From assembly GCA_963974065.1 (NCBI GenBank), contig CAXBCI010000016.1:2421-66420 (forward strand): a DNA stretch of 64,000 bases. The letters run 5' to 3'. The position numbers and the translations under genes are program-made. The notes beneath the pieces are model-generated. The model was not told the DNA's origin and did no database searches. It saw nothing but the letters and a program-made list of their open reading frames with translations. The DNA comes from an uncultured Hyphomicrobiales bacterium. GTDB taxonomy: Bacteria; Pseudomonadota; Alphaproteobacteria; Rhizobiales; GCA-2746425. Of the stretch, positions 29,054-38,381 are shown one piece after another; the first letter of the stretch is position 1; each line of letters starts with the position of its first letter.

Positions 29054-31768
29054 CTATCCGGTCGCTTCCAGACGCTTGATCGCGCTGGTCAGCATGTCTC
29101 GTTTTTCGTTGGCTTCCTGAAGCCTGGAGCGTTCCTGGGAAACCACTTCGTCGGGCGCGCGCGAGACAAAATTTTCATTGCCAAGCTTGCCATTGATTTT
29201 GGCGATATCCTGTTCAACCTTGCCGATATCTTTTTCCAGGCGCTGCTTTTCTGCAGCAATGTCAATGACGCCTTTCAAAGGCATGCAGACTATGGCTTCA
29301 CCTACGATAATCTGCGCACTGCCGTGGGGGATCGCGCTCTCGAATTTAACGGAATTGAGCCTTGCCATGCGCATCAGGGCAGAGAGATTTGCCTCGCTCC
29401 TGTGCCGGGTTTCAGCATTTGCCTCGACAATCACAATATCCACTTTTGCAGCGGCAGGGACATTCATCTCGGTGCGAACGGAGCGAATCGAGGAGATCGT
29501 TTCAATCAGCCAGTTGATATCGCCAGCGGCGCGCTGATCTTCCAGAGCGGGCGTCGGCCACTGCGTGGTGATCAGCATCGTGTCGCGCTTCCCATCTGCG
29601 GTCACGGCCCACAATTCCTCGGTGATAAAGGGCATGAAGGGATGCAGCATTTTAAGAATTTCATCACGAGTCCAGGCGACAACGGCCTGGGCTTCCGCCT
29701 TGTCGGCACTGTCGTCACCCATCAAGGCCGGTTTTGACAATTCGATGAACCAGTCGGCGAATTTGTGCCAGACAAACTGGTAGACGGCACTGGCCGCATC
29801 GTTAAAGCGATACGTTTTCAAGGCCGCATCAATCGCGGAAATGGTCTGTCCGCATTCGGTGATAATCCAGCGGTTCAGCGGGTTTTTGACGCTGTCCGGT
29901 GTAAACCCGGCCGGCACCACGCACGCGTTCATTTCGGCAAATCGCGCCACATTCCAGAGTTTGGTTGCGAAATTGCGATAACCTTCAACCCGGCTGGTGG
30001 CAAGGCGAATATCCCGGCCGGCAGCGGCCATGGCGCACAGGGTGAAACGCAGCGCATCGGCACCATACTGATCAATCAGATCCAGCGGGTCGACGACATT
30101 GCCCTTGGATTTCGACATCTTGGCGCCATGCTCGTCACGCACCAGGGCATGGATATAGACCGTGTGGAACGGCTCTTCATCCATGAAATGAAGTCCCATC
30201 ATCATCATTCTGGCAACCCAGAAGAAAATGATGTCAAACCCGGTGATCAGCACATCGGTCTGATAGTAGGTTTTCAACTCCGGGGTCTGGTCCGGCCAGC
30301 CCAAGGTGGAGAACGGCCATAATGCTGACGAGAACCAGGTGTCGAGCACATCTTCATCGCGGCTCAACTGCTGCTCGCTGCCATAGTGACTAAGAGCCTG
30401 CTTCGCGGCCTCCGCCTCGGATTTGGCGACAAATATCTTGCCGTCGGGGCCATACCAGGCCGGGATCTGGTGCCCCCACCAAAGCTGGCGCGAAATGCAC
30501 CAGGGCTGGATATTTTCCATCCAGTCATAATAAGTCTTGTCCCAATTTTTAGGGACGAATTCTGTCCGGCCTTCGCGGACAGACGCAATCGCCGGCCCAG
30601 CCAGCGTTTTTGCATCAACATACCATTGATCAGTCAGATACGGCTCAATCGGGACGCCACCACGATCTCCGTGCGGTACAACATGGGTGTGCTCCTCAAT
30701 CTTTTCCAGCAGGCCCTGCGCCTCCATATCGGCGACGATGGCTTTGCGGGCCGCGAAACGGTCCAACCCGTGATAGGCTTCGACTGCAGCCTGCATCATG
30801 GCGCTGTTGTGTTGCGGAATTCCGATGGCAAAATCTTCATTATCGCGCAACGCCATGGAGGCATCGACAGCGAAAATGTTAATTGCCGGCAGATCATTGC
30901 GCTTGCCGACTTCAAAATCATTGAAGTCATGCGCAGGCGTGATCTTCACGGCCCCTGATCCAGCCTCAGGATCGGCATAGTCGTCAGCGACAATCGGAAT
31001 ATGGCGTCCGACAAGCGGCAATTGCACCATACGGCCAATCAGGTGGCTGTAGCGCTCGTCCTGCGGATGCACCGCAATGGCCGTGTCCCCCAGCATGGTT
31101 TCCGGGCGGGTCGTTGCGACGGTGATGTAAGTCCCCTCCTCGCCGACAACCGGATATTTGAAATGCCACAAATGGCCGTTGAGTTCGCGTTGTTCAACTT
31201 CCAGATCGGAAATGGCGGTGAGAAGCTTTGGATCCCAGTTGACGAGCCGCTTGTCCTTATAAATCAGACCCTCTTCGTAGAGCCGGACGAATACTTCCAA
31301 CACCGCCTTTGACAGCCCTTCATCCATGGTGAAACGTTCCCGCGACCAATCACAGGAGGCGCCAAGACGCTTCAGCTGCCCAAGAATGGTTCCACCGGAT
31401 TCCGCTTTCCAGTCCCATATGCGCTTGACGAATTTCTCCCGTCCCATCTCGCGGCGCCCGGGCTGATCCTGCTCCACCAACTGGCGTTCCACAACCATTT
31501 GCGTGGCAATGCCGGCATGATCCATACCCGGCTGCCAAAGAACATTCTGACCGAGCATCCTGTTCCAGCGCACCAGAATATCCTGCAGCGTGTTGTTGAG
31601 CGCATGTCCCATATGCAGAGAGCCGGTGACATTGGGCGGCGGAATGACAATGCAGAAACTGTCTTTTCCTTCCCCGGCACCTGCCCCGGCAGCGAAGGCA
31701 TCAGCCTTTTCCCAGTCGGCATAGATGCGTGGCTCGACATCGTTGGGAAGATAGGTTTTCTCAAGCAT
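29054..31768 (-). CDS. valS: Valine--tRNA ligase
   Basis: Start set at the ATG at 31768 (MLEKTY...); the track start at 31786 is a TTG codon. HIGH-type PPPNVTGSLHMGH, KMSKS motif, C-terminal coiled coil. Confidence 0.95.
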   Translation of the reverse strand: MLEKTYLPNDVEPRIYADWEKADAFAAGAGAGEGKDSFCIVIPPPNVTGSLHMGHALNNTLQDILVRWNRMLGQNVLWQPGMDHAGIATQMVVERQLVEQDQPGRREMGREKFVKRIWDWKAESGGTILGQLKRLGASCDWSRERFTMDEGLSKAVLEVFVRLYEEGLIYKDKRLVNWDPKLLTAISDLEVEQRELNGHLWHFKYPVVGEEGTYITVATTRPETMLGDTAIAVHPQDERYSHLIGRMVQLPLVGRHIPIVADDYADPEAGSGAVKITPAHDFNDFEVGKRNDLPAINIFAVDASMALRDNEDFAIGIPQHNSAMMQAAVEAYHGLDRFAARKAIVADMEAQGLLEKIEEHTHVVPHGDRGGVPIEPYLTDQWYVDAKTLAGPAIASVREGRTEFVPKNWDKTYYDWMENIQPWCISRQLWWGHQIPAWYGPDGKIFVAKSEAEAAKQALSHYGSEQQLSRDEDVLDTWFSSALWPFSTLGWPDQTPELKTYYQTDVLITGFDIIFFWVARMMMMGLHFMDEEPFHTVYIHALVRDEHGAKMSKSKGNVVDPLDLIDQYGADALRFTLCAMAAAGRDIRLATSRVEGYRNFATKLWNVARFAEMNACVVPAGFTPDSVKNPLNRWIITECGQTISAIDAALKTYRFNDAASAVYQFVWHKFADWFIELSKPALMGDDSADKAEAQAVVAWTRDEILKMLHPFMPFITEELWAVTADGKRDTMLITTQWPTPALEDQRAAGDINWLIETISSIRSVRTEMNVPAAAKVDIVIVEANAETRHRSEANLSALMRMARLNSVKFESAIPHGSAQIIVGEAIVCMPLKGVIDIAAEKQRLEKDIGKVEQDIAKINGKLGNENFVSRAPDEVVSQERSRLQEANEKRDMLTSAIKRLEATG

Positions 31769-32056
31769 GAACGTCTCAATTTCCAATATGCAATTTGCGT
31801 CGTGGGTTATGCCCTGCTCGGTTGAGTGTCAACCATTTGCCGGGGAACGGGTCCAGTGAGAATTCCGCATCCAATATACCGGTTCCGCCTTGGGACAAAA
31901 CTGAGATGGCAAATTGTATACCCCATAAACCTTATTCGGGTTTTTCCGAACCGTTCTGCGGCAATTTGTCCAGATCCTAATCGCAGCAATTGGACCCCAA
32001 GAGGTCAACAGAAAATTATGCTGAGTGATATCAGCAGGTTGTGATTCTGTGTAACC

Positions 32057-32344
32057 ATGAAGCGATCGAACGATTGTACGGACGAGGAATAGGCCTTGAT
32101 CGTGCCGTTCTTGCCTGCGCCGAACAAGGCAGGTCAACCGCGCAAATGGCCGATGCGCGAGATGTGGAACGCGATCCAGAATATAGCAGCGGCCTGCCCG
32201 GCTTTGATGCCTCTCGCAGCGATGCTCCGCATCGCCTGCCGGGCAAAAGCTGGGAGGCAAAGTCAGGCTCTCAGTATCCGTATTATGGAATACGCACTTC
32301 GCAACTCTGAAAAATGTCCAGAGTTGCGAAGTAAACAGTGCTAA
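32057..32344 (+). pseudogene. IS5-family (DUF4096-type N-terminus) transposase 5' fragment, decayed
   Basis: ATG at 32057 gives MKRSNDCTDEE, then an in-frame TAG at 32090-32092 where family members carry Trp (TDEEW). Reading continues ALIVPFLPAPNKAGQPRKWPMREMWNAI, matching my recollection of the LTDEEW..I.PLLP....GRPR....RE..NAI pattern. Similarity then degenerates or changes frame, and the fragment ends against the livM stop. Confidence 0.55.
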
Positions 32345-33318
32345 AGAGGCCGCTTGAACCATTTGGCCAAAACGCCGACAATCCCTTCTCGGAACAACAG
32401 CACCCCGATCACGAAAATCACCCCCTGAATGACCGTGACCCAGGCTCCGAAGGTTGCCAGGTAGTTCTGCATCGTCACGATGATACCGGCCCCGACCAGC
32501 GGTCCGAATATCGTGCCCATTCCGCCCAACAGGGTCATCAGCACCACCTCGCCGGACATCGACCAATGCACATCCGTGAGCGACGCCAGCTGGAACACCT
32601 GACTCTTGGTGGCACCGGCAAGACCGGACATGGTGGCTGACAGTGTGAACACAATCAGCTTGTAGCGGTTCACGTCATAACCCAGCGAAATGGCACGTGG
32701 TTCGTTTTCGCGGATCGCTTTCAGCACCTGTCCGAACGGCGAATGCACGATACGGTATAGAAACAGGATGCCGCCGAAGGTCACGACCAGTACGAAGAAA
32801 TACAGCGCGATGTTGTCGGCCAGCGGGATCAGCCCGAACAGGTCGCCGCGCGGCACGCTCTGGATACCGTCTTCACCGCCGGTGAATTCTGCCTGAAGGG
32901 CGACAAAATACACCATCTGCGCAAAGGCCAGAGTGACCATCGCAAAATAGATGCCCTGCCTGCGGATCGCCAGCGCTCCAATGGCGAACCCCATCACGCC
33001 CGCCACCGCCGCACCGGACAGTACGGCCAGTTCGGGGTTCAGGCCCCAGACCTTCGATGCATAGGCGGCAATATAGCTGGCCCCACCGAAATAGGCGGCA
33101 TGCCCGAACGACAGCAGCCCGCCAAAGCCCAGGAGCAGGTTGAAGGCCGCAGCGAACAGTGCAAAGCACATCACTTTCATCGCGAAGACCGGATAAACCA
33201 GAAACGGCAGCACGATCAGTCCGGCCAGCAGAATTGTGAACATGACCTTGTGCAGTGTTGGCATGCCGATGGTCTGCACCACGGGCGCAACGTCGGTTTC
33301 ATTGTCTGCCATAGCCAT
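32341..33318 (-). CDS. livM: Branched-chain amino acid ABC transporter permease (LivM-like)
   Basis: 325 aa polytopic protein with LLSFGHAAYFGGASY motif. 1-nt overlap with the upstream livH-like gene. Confidence 0.9.
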   Translation of the reverse strand: MAMADNETDVAPVVQTIGMPTLHKVMFTILLAGLIVLPFLVYPVFAMKVMCFALFAAAFNLLLGFGGLLSFGHAAYFGGASYIAAYASKVWGLNPELAVLSGAAVAGVMGFAIGALAIRRQGIYFAMVTLAFAQMVYFVALQAEFTGGEDGIQSVPRGDLFGLIPLADNIALYFFVLVVTFGGILFLYRIVHSPFGQVLKAIRENEPRAISLGYDVNRYKLIVFTLSATMSGLAGATKSQVFQLASLTDVHWSMSGEVVLMTLLGGMGTIFGPLVGAGIIVTMQNYLATFGAWVTVIQGVIFVIGVLLFREGIVGVLAKWFKRPL

Positions 33319-34205
33319 CAGGTGGGCCTCCCGAACAGTCCTTCAGGTTTGATCATCAGGACGATTGCCATGATGACGAAAATAACGACGGCCGACCCTT
33401 CAGGATAGAACACCCGCGTCAGACCCTCGATGATGCCGAGCATGTATCCCGTCAGGATTGCACCCATGATCGAGCCCATGCCACCGATCACCACCACTGC
33501 AAAGACGACGATAATTAGCTGCTCACCCATGTTCGGGTTCACCGAATAGATCGGTGCGGCCAGAACGCCGGCGAACCCGGCCAGCGCCACGCCGAACCCG
33601 TAAGTCAGCATGATCATCAGCGGCACGTTCACGCCGAACGCCCCCACCAGTGTCGGATTTTCGGTGGCAGCGCGCAGATAGGCGCCCAACTGGGTTTTTT
33701 CGATCATGAACCACGTTCCGAAGCACACCAGAACCGACGCGACAACGACCCATGCGCGGTAATTGGGCAGGAACATGAAACCCAGGTTATTCCCTCCCGA
33801 CAGCAGATCAGGGATCTGGTAAGGCAACCCCGAAATACCGTAATAATTGCGGAACAGACCCTGAATGATCAGGGCCAGTCCAAAGGTCAGCAACAGCCCG
33901 TAAAGGTGATCAAGGTGATGGAGCCGCGACAGCATTGTGCGTTCCATCACGATGCCGAAGATACCCACGATCAGTGGTGCCAGGATCAGCGCGGGCCAAT
34001 AGCCGATGCCAACGTAGTTCAGCAGCATCCAAGCCACGAAGGCCCCGGCCATGTAAAGCGCACCATGAGCGAAATTGATGATGTTGAGCAGGCCAAAGAT
34101 CACGGCCAGCCCCAGCGACAGAACTGCATAGAACGAGCCGTTGATCAGCCCCAACAGAAGTTGGCCCAGCAGAACCTGCGGCGGTATTCCCAATAGTTCG
34201 AACAT
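33318..34205 (-). CDS. livH: Branched-chain amino acid ABC transporter permease (LivH-like)
   Basis: 295 aa with GLINGSFYAVLSLGLAVIFG, INFAHGA and the conserved LivH core. Confidence 0.9.
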   Translation of the reverse strand: MFELLGIPPQVLLGQLLLGLINGSFYAVLSLGLAVIFGLLNIINFAHGALYMAGAFVAWMLLNYVGIGYWPALILAPLIVGIFGIVMERTMLSRLHHLDHLYGLLLTFGLALIIQGLFRNYYGISGLPYQIPDLLSGGNNLGFMFLPNYRAWVVVASVLVCFGTWFMIEKTQLGAYLRAATENPTLVGAFGVNVPLMIMLTYGFGVALAGFAGVLAAPIYSVNPNMGEQLIIVVFAVVVIGGMGSIMGAILTGYMLGIIEGLTRVFYPEGSAVVIFVIMAIVLMIKPEGLFGRPT

Positions 34206-34280
34206 GTTTCGGCCCTGTTGTGCGGTTTGGTCAAGCTGCGTCCGCCCGGCGTGAACGGCCGGGCGGACAGGTTGCCAAGG

Positions 34281-35480
34281 TTACTTCTTGGTAAAGTCGC
34301 ACTCTTCCAGCATCGGCAGGAACGCTTCTTCGCCGCTGATGGAGGAAATCTGGTTGTAGAGGTCCCATTCGCCTGTGGACTGATCCGGCGACTTGACTTC
34401 AAACAGGTACATGTCATGGATGGCACGCCCGTCGCCACGTACCCTGACCTTGCCAAAGAGCGGATCGTCGAATTCCATCTCCTTCATCTTGGCGGCAACG
34501 GCCTTGCCGTCTGACGCGTCACCCAGTGCCTCAACAGCCGCGAGATAGGCCATCGTGCCGGAATAAACCCCGGCCTGCACCATCGTCGGCTGTGCGCCGT
34601 GGGTTTCCATGAACCGCTTGGACCATGCGCGGGTATTGTCATTCTGATCCCAGTAGAACGCTTCGGTCAGTGACAGACCCTGCGCCGTTTGTGCGCCCAA
34701 TGCGTGCACGTCGGTCACAAAGAACAGCAGCGCGGCCAGCTTCTGACCTGCCTGGGTGATGCCGAATTCCGATGCCTGCTTGATCGCGTTTACAGTGTCG
34801 CCCCCTGCGTTTGCCAGGCCAATGATATCGGCACCCGAGCCTTGCGCCTGAAGCAGAAACGATGAGAAATCCTGCGCCGGGAACGGCACGTTGACAGTGC
34901 CCACGACCTCGCCGCCGTTCGCTTCGACGACCTTGGCGGTGTTTTCCTCCAACGAGTGGCCGAAGGCATAATCGGCGGTCAGGAAGAACCACTTCTTGCC
35001 GCCCGCTTTGGTCATCGCCGCACCGGTGCCGTTGGCCAGGGCTGCGGTGTCATAGGTCCAGTGAATCGTCGTCGGGCGGCACTGCTCGCGGGTCAGCGCA
35101 GTAGAACCCGCGCCGGAATCGATCAGCACGCCATTCTTTTCGGCTGTGATGTCCGCAACGGCCAGAGCGACCGAAGATGTCGGCACGTCAAGGATCGCGT
35201 TGATACCTTCTTCGTCGTACCATTGACGCGCGATGCTGGATCCGATGTCAGGCTTGTTCTGGTGGTCGGCTGAGATGATTTCGACGTTCATGCCCTTGTC
35301 GGCGGCCTTGAAATCCTCAACTGCCATGCGCGCGGCCACGACTGATCCTTCGCCGGACAGGTCCGCATAGACGCCCGAGCGGTCGTTGAGTACACCGAGT
35401 TTGACTTCGATGTTCGCCAGCGCCGGGGCGCCGATCACAGCGGCCATTGCCGCCGTACTGATTGCAAGTTTCCTGATCAT
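34281..35480 (-). CDS. ABC transporter substrate-binding protein (Leu/Ile/Val-binding family)
   Basis: Trimmed to the ATG at 35480, preceded by AGGAGG 6 nt upstream. Signal peptide MIRKLAISTAAMAAVIGAPALA. Type I periplasmic binding fold. Confidence 0.9.
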   Translation of the reverse strand: MIRKLAISTAAMAAVIGAPALANIEVKLGVLNDRSGVYADLSGEGSVVAARMAVEDFKAADKGMNVEIISADHQNKPDIGSSIARQWYDEEGINAILDVPTSSVALAVADITAEKNGVLIDSGAGSTALTREQCRPTTIHWTYDTAALANGTGAAMTKAGGKKWFFLTADYAFGHSLEENTAKVVEANGGEVVGTVNVPFPAQDFSSFLLQAQGSGADIIGLANAGGDTVNAIKQASEFGITQAGQKLAALLFFVTDVHALGAQTAQGLSLTEAFYWDQNDNTRAWSKRFMETHGAQPTMVQAGVYSGTMAYLAAVEALGDASDGKAVAAKMKEMEFDDPLFGKVRVRGDGRAIHDMYLFEVKSPDQSTGEWDLYNQISSISGEEAFLPMLEECDFTKK

Positions 35481-35523
35481 TGCTTTCCTCCTGATTGCAG
35501 CGCGGATGCGCCTGTTAATGACT

Positions 35524-36270
35524 TCAAACGCCCAGATAATCGTGAAGTTTCTGGGTATTTTCCTCAAGCTGGTCGTTCGCAATCATGTCCACGACCTTCC
35601 CCTGATCCACAACATAGTGCCGGTCGGCGACCGATGCCGCGAAACGGAAGTTCTGTTCCACCAATACGATGGTGAACCCTTCGTCTTTCAGCGCCGCAAT
35701 GGTGCGGCCGATCTGCTGGACGATGACGGGCGCCAGCCCTTCAGTCGGTTCATCCAGCAACAGCATCTTGGCGCCGGTGCGGAGGATGCGCGCGATGGCC
35801 AGCATCTGTTGTTCCCCGCCCGACAACTTGGTGCCCTGACTGCCTTTACGCCGTTCGCGCAGGTTGGGAAACAGATCATAAATCCGTTCGACGCTTAGGC
35901 CTCCCTTGGCGATGCGGGGCGGCAGCAGCAGGTTCTCCTCGACAGTGAGCGACGCAAAGATGCCACGTTCCTCGGGGCAAAGTGCGATGCCAAGCCTCGC
36001 GATATGGCGCGGTTGCATGGCGATGATCTCGGTGCCGTCAAAGATGACGGACCCGGCCCGCTTGGCCAGGATCCCCATGATCGCCAACAGCGTCGATGTT
36101 TTGCCTGCGCCGTTGCGGCCCAGCAGTGTGACGACTTCGCCCTGGCGGACCTCGAAATCAATCCCGTGCAGGACGTGGCTTTCGCCGTACCAGCCCTGAA
36201 GGTCGCTGACCTTCAAAAACACCTTTGCCGTCCCGACTGCGGCGGACTTCATCACAGCAGTGTCAGTCAT
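35524..36270 (-). CDS. livF: Branched-chain amino acid ABC transporter ATP-binding protein (LivF-like)
   Basis: Walker A GRNGAGKTS, signature LSGGEQQMLAIAR, Walker B LLLDEPTEGL. Confidence 0.9.
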   Translation of the reverse strand: MTDTAVMKSAAVGTAKVFLKVSDLQGWYGESHVLHGIDFEVRQGEVVTLLGRNGAGKTSTLLAIMGILAKRAGSVIFDGTEIIAMQPRHIARLGIALCPEERGIFASLTVEENLLLPPRIAKGGLSVERIYDLFPNLRERRKGSQGTKLSGGEQQMLAIARILRTGAKMLLLDEPTEGLAPVIVQQIGRTIAALKDEGFTIVLVEQNFRFAASVADRHYVVDQGKVVDMIANDQLEENTQKLHDYLGV

Positions 36271-37012
36271 GGCTCGCTCCGATATACGCCTCGATCACTT
36301 CGGGAGCCTTTGAAATCTCGGCATAGGTTCCTTCGGAAAGTATTTCGCCACGCGCAAGCACAGTGATGCGGTCCGACAGGTCTGCCACGACCGACAGGTT
36401 GTGTTCGACCATCAGCACGGTGCGGTTTTCGGCGATGCGGCGGATCAGGTCGGAAATGCGGTCCACGTCCTCGCGGCCCATGCCCGCCATCGGTTCATCC
36501 AGCAGCAACATGTCGGGGCTCAGCGCCAGCGTCGTCGCGATTTCAAGCGCACGTTTGCGACCGTAGGGCAAGACGGCAGCTCGTTCGTTGATGGACTCCG
36601 TCAGCCCGACTTCTTCGATGTACCCACGCGCCTTTTCGTCGTATTGCGACAATACCCTGTCGGACCGCCAGAAATCATAACTTTCCCCCCGCGACCGTTG
36701 CAGCGCGACGCGCACGTTCTGCAACACCGACAGGTTGGGAAAGATGGCGGAGATCTGAAACGACCGCACCATGCCCAGCCGCGCGATCTCAGCGGGTTTC
36801 ATCCGGGTGATGTCGCGCCCTTCATAGGCAATCGTGCCACGCGTGGGTTGCAGGAATTTGGTCAACAAGTTGAAACAGGTCGTCTTTCCGGCACCGTTCG
36901 GGCCGATCAGCGCATGAATGGTACCCTTCTCGACCGAAAGATCGACGTCATTCACGGCAACAAAGCCTTTGAATTCCTTCGTCAAGCCCTTCGCCTGAAG
37001 TGCGATTGTCAT
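36263..37012 (-). CDS. livG: Branched-chain amino acid ABC transporter ATP-binding protein (LivG-like)
   Basis: Walker A GPNGAGKTT, Walker B LLLDEPMAGM, H-loop VEHN. 8-nt overlap with livF. Confidence 0.9.
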   Translation of the reverse strand: MTIALQAKGLTKEFKGFVAVNDVDLSVEKGTIHALIGPNGAGKTTCFNLLTKFLQPTRGTIAYEGRDITRMKPAEIARLGMVRSFQISAIFPNLSVLQNVRVALQRSRGESYDFWRSDRVLSQYDEKARGYIEEVGLTESINERAAVLPYGRKRALEIATTLALSPDMLLLDEPMAGMGREDVDRISDLIRRIAENRTVLMVEHNLSVVADLSDRITVLARGEILSEGTYAEISKAPEVIEAYIGASHD

Positions 37013-37357
37013 ATCAGCATCATGTCGTCGCTCTCTCCCTTGCGCCGTCGCTCGCCATCAACGCATAAGGACGTTGATGCTCCGCTGTGCGCGTCCGGAA
37101 TTGCAAACAAATGAGTCGGCAAAGTAAACAGCATTTCGCAGGCACTGTATTTACACGCATACGCAGCTACGCAGCGGAATATTCTGTTCGCAAATATCCG
37201 ACGTGATCCTCCGGCCTGTCGTCTGTTCCAATTCTCCAGTCTCGGCATTTTTTCAATGTGTGTAACTTGGACTTTTACAATGTCGATTATGACGCGATAT
37301 AATTGCAATCGTCAATACTGGTTAAAAGCCAGTTGAAGCAGCGACTATGCGTCTCTC

Positions 37358-37735
37358 ATGCGTCTTGCCAGCGATCCCGAAAAGCGGTTCAGCACTGCCG
37401 AACTTGCATCCCAATTCAGGGTATCGCAACATCATCTGACCAAAATCGTGCAGGATCTTTCGCGCGACGGTTTCGTGATCACGCAGCGTGGCGCGGGCGG
37501 AGGCATCAATCTGGCGCGGAATGCGGATGAAATTTTCTTGGGTGAAATCGTGCGCCATCTGGAGCGCCGATTCGCCCTCGTCGAATGCTGTAAGGAGGAT
37601 GGCGGGGCCTGCGTGATGAAGTCGCGCTGCCGTCTGAAGCTCCGCCTTTTGGCCGCGCAGGAAATTTTCGTGAAAGAATTGGACCGATCGACGGTCGCCG
37701 ACTGCGCTTGGCCCGGCGAACCTGCAGCAGCCTGA
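37358..37735 (+). CDS. Rrf2-family (NsrR/IscR-like) transcriptional regulator; 5' end anomalous
   Basis: 125 aa. wHTH segment STAELASQFRVSQHHLTKIVQDLSRDGFVITQRGAGGGINLAR and a Cys cluster ECCKEDGGACVMKSRC. The first helix of the family appears to be missing (see findings). Confidence 0.8.
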   Translation: MRLASDPEKRFSTAELASQFRVSQHHLTKIVQDLSRDGFVITQRGAGGGINLARNADEIFLGEIVRHLERRFALVECCKEDGGACVMKSRCRLKLRLLAAQEIFVKELDRSTVADCAWPGEPAAA

Positions 37736-38381
37736 AGCAAAGCTGAAAACCATGCCCAAAATTGAAATTGACCCCGATATGGTCAAGATCGATGCGGACA
37801 TCGTTGGGCAGGTCCAGAAGATAACGCTACATAAACTGCACAAACGAATGCGTGACGGCTCCGTCACCATCCGGTTCGAGCGTGGTGAGGATGGGATGCG
37901 ACCCGGGTGCGGCTGACCTACTTTTCTGCCACGCTCCGCGCCCGTATCACGGCCAACACAATCGGTGCGGTCCTCTCTTGCACAGCAGTCGATTACAGCA
38001 GGTCGAGTGATGGATGCACACATCCCGATGGCGCAAGTAGTTTGGACGTTTGCTGCGTGCGGACGTGCCTCCATAAGTGGAATTCAGGAACATTGCTCCC
38101 CTGTCTGTTCTTGTCTTTAGTTTGACGGATATCGTCTCGGTACGGCTGGTCTGCTGCCGGTTGCTCAGGCCGCACGAGATAGTGAATCACACAAAACATG
38201 CACCGCAAATTGCAAGCTTATCGCCATAAAACGCGCCCGGAAACCTGTCAGGCACGCCGGCGAGCAATCAGATCAAAACGGCCGCGGGTCTTCTCGTTCC
38301 GAGAACACAGAAACAATAAGACCGGCGGCAATTCAGACTGGAAAATGATATCAGATTGATTGCGTCGGAAGGCGCCAAAAT

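Noticed and set aside
31829-32566. 245-aa minus-strand ORF spanning the valS-livM spacer
   Set aside because: It overlaps livM in a different frame and runs antisense to the transposase remnant. Its composition is Arg-rich and unlike protein.
32341-37012. Claim that the liv operon is compositionally foreign (higher GC)
   Set aside because: My manual spot counts gave 57-58 percent in livH but 30-68 percent in different stretches of argS and valS. I cannot support a GC difference without computing it.
37322-38074. 250-aa minus-strand ORF
   Set aside because: It lies antisense to the Rrf2 regulator, which has a clear wHTH and Cys cluster. The remainder runs through the decayed spacer.
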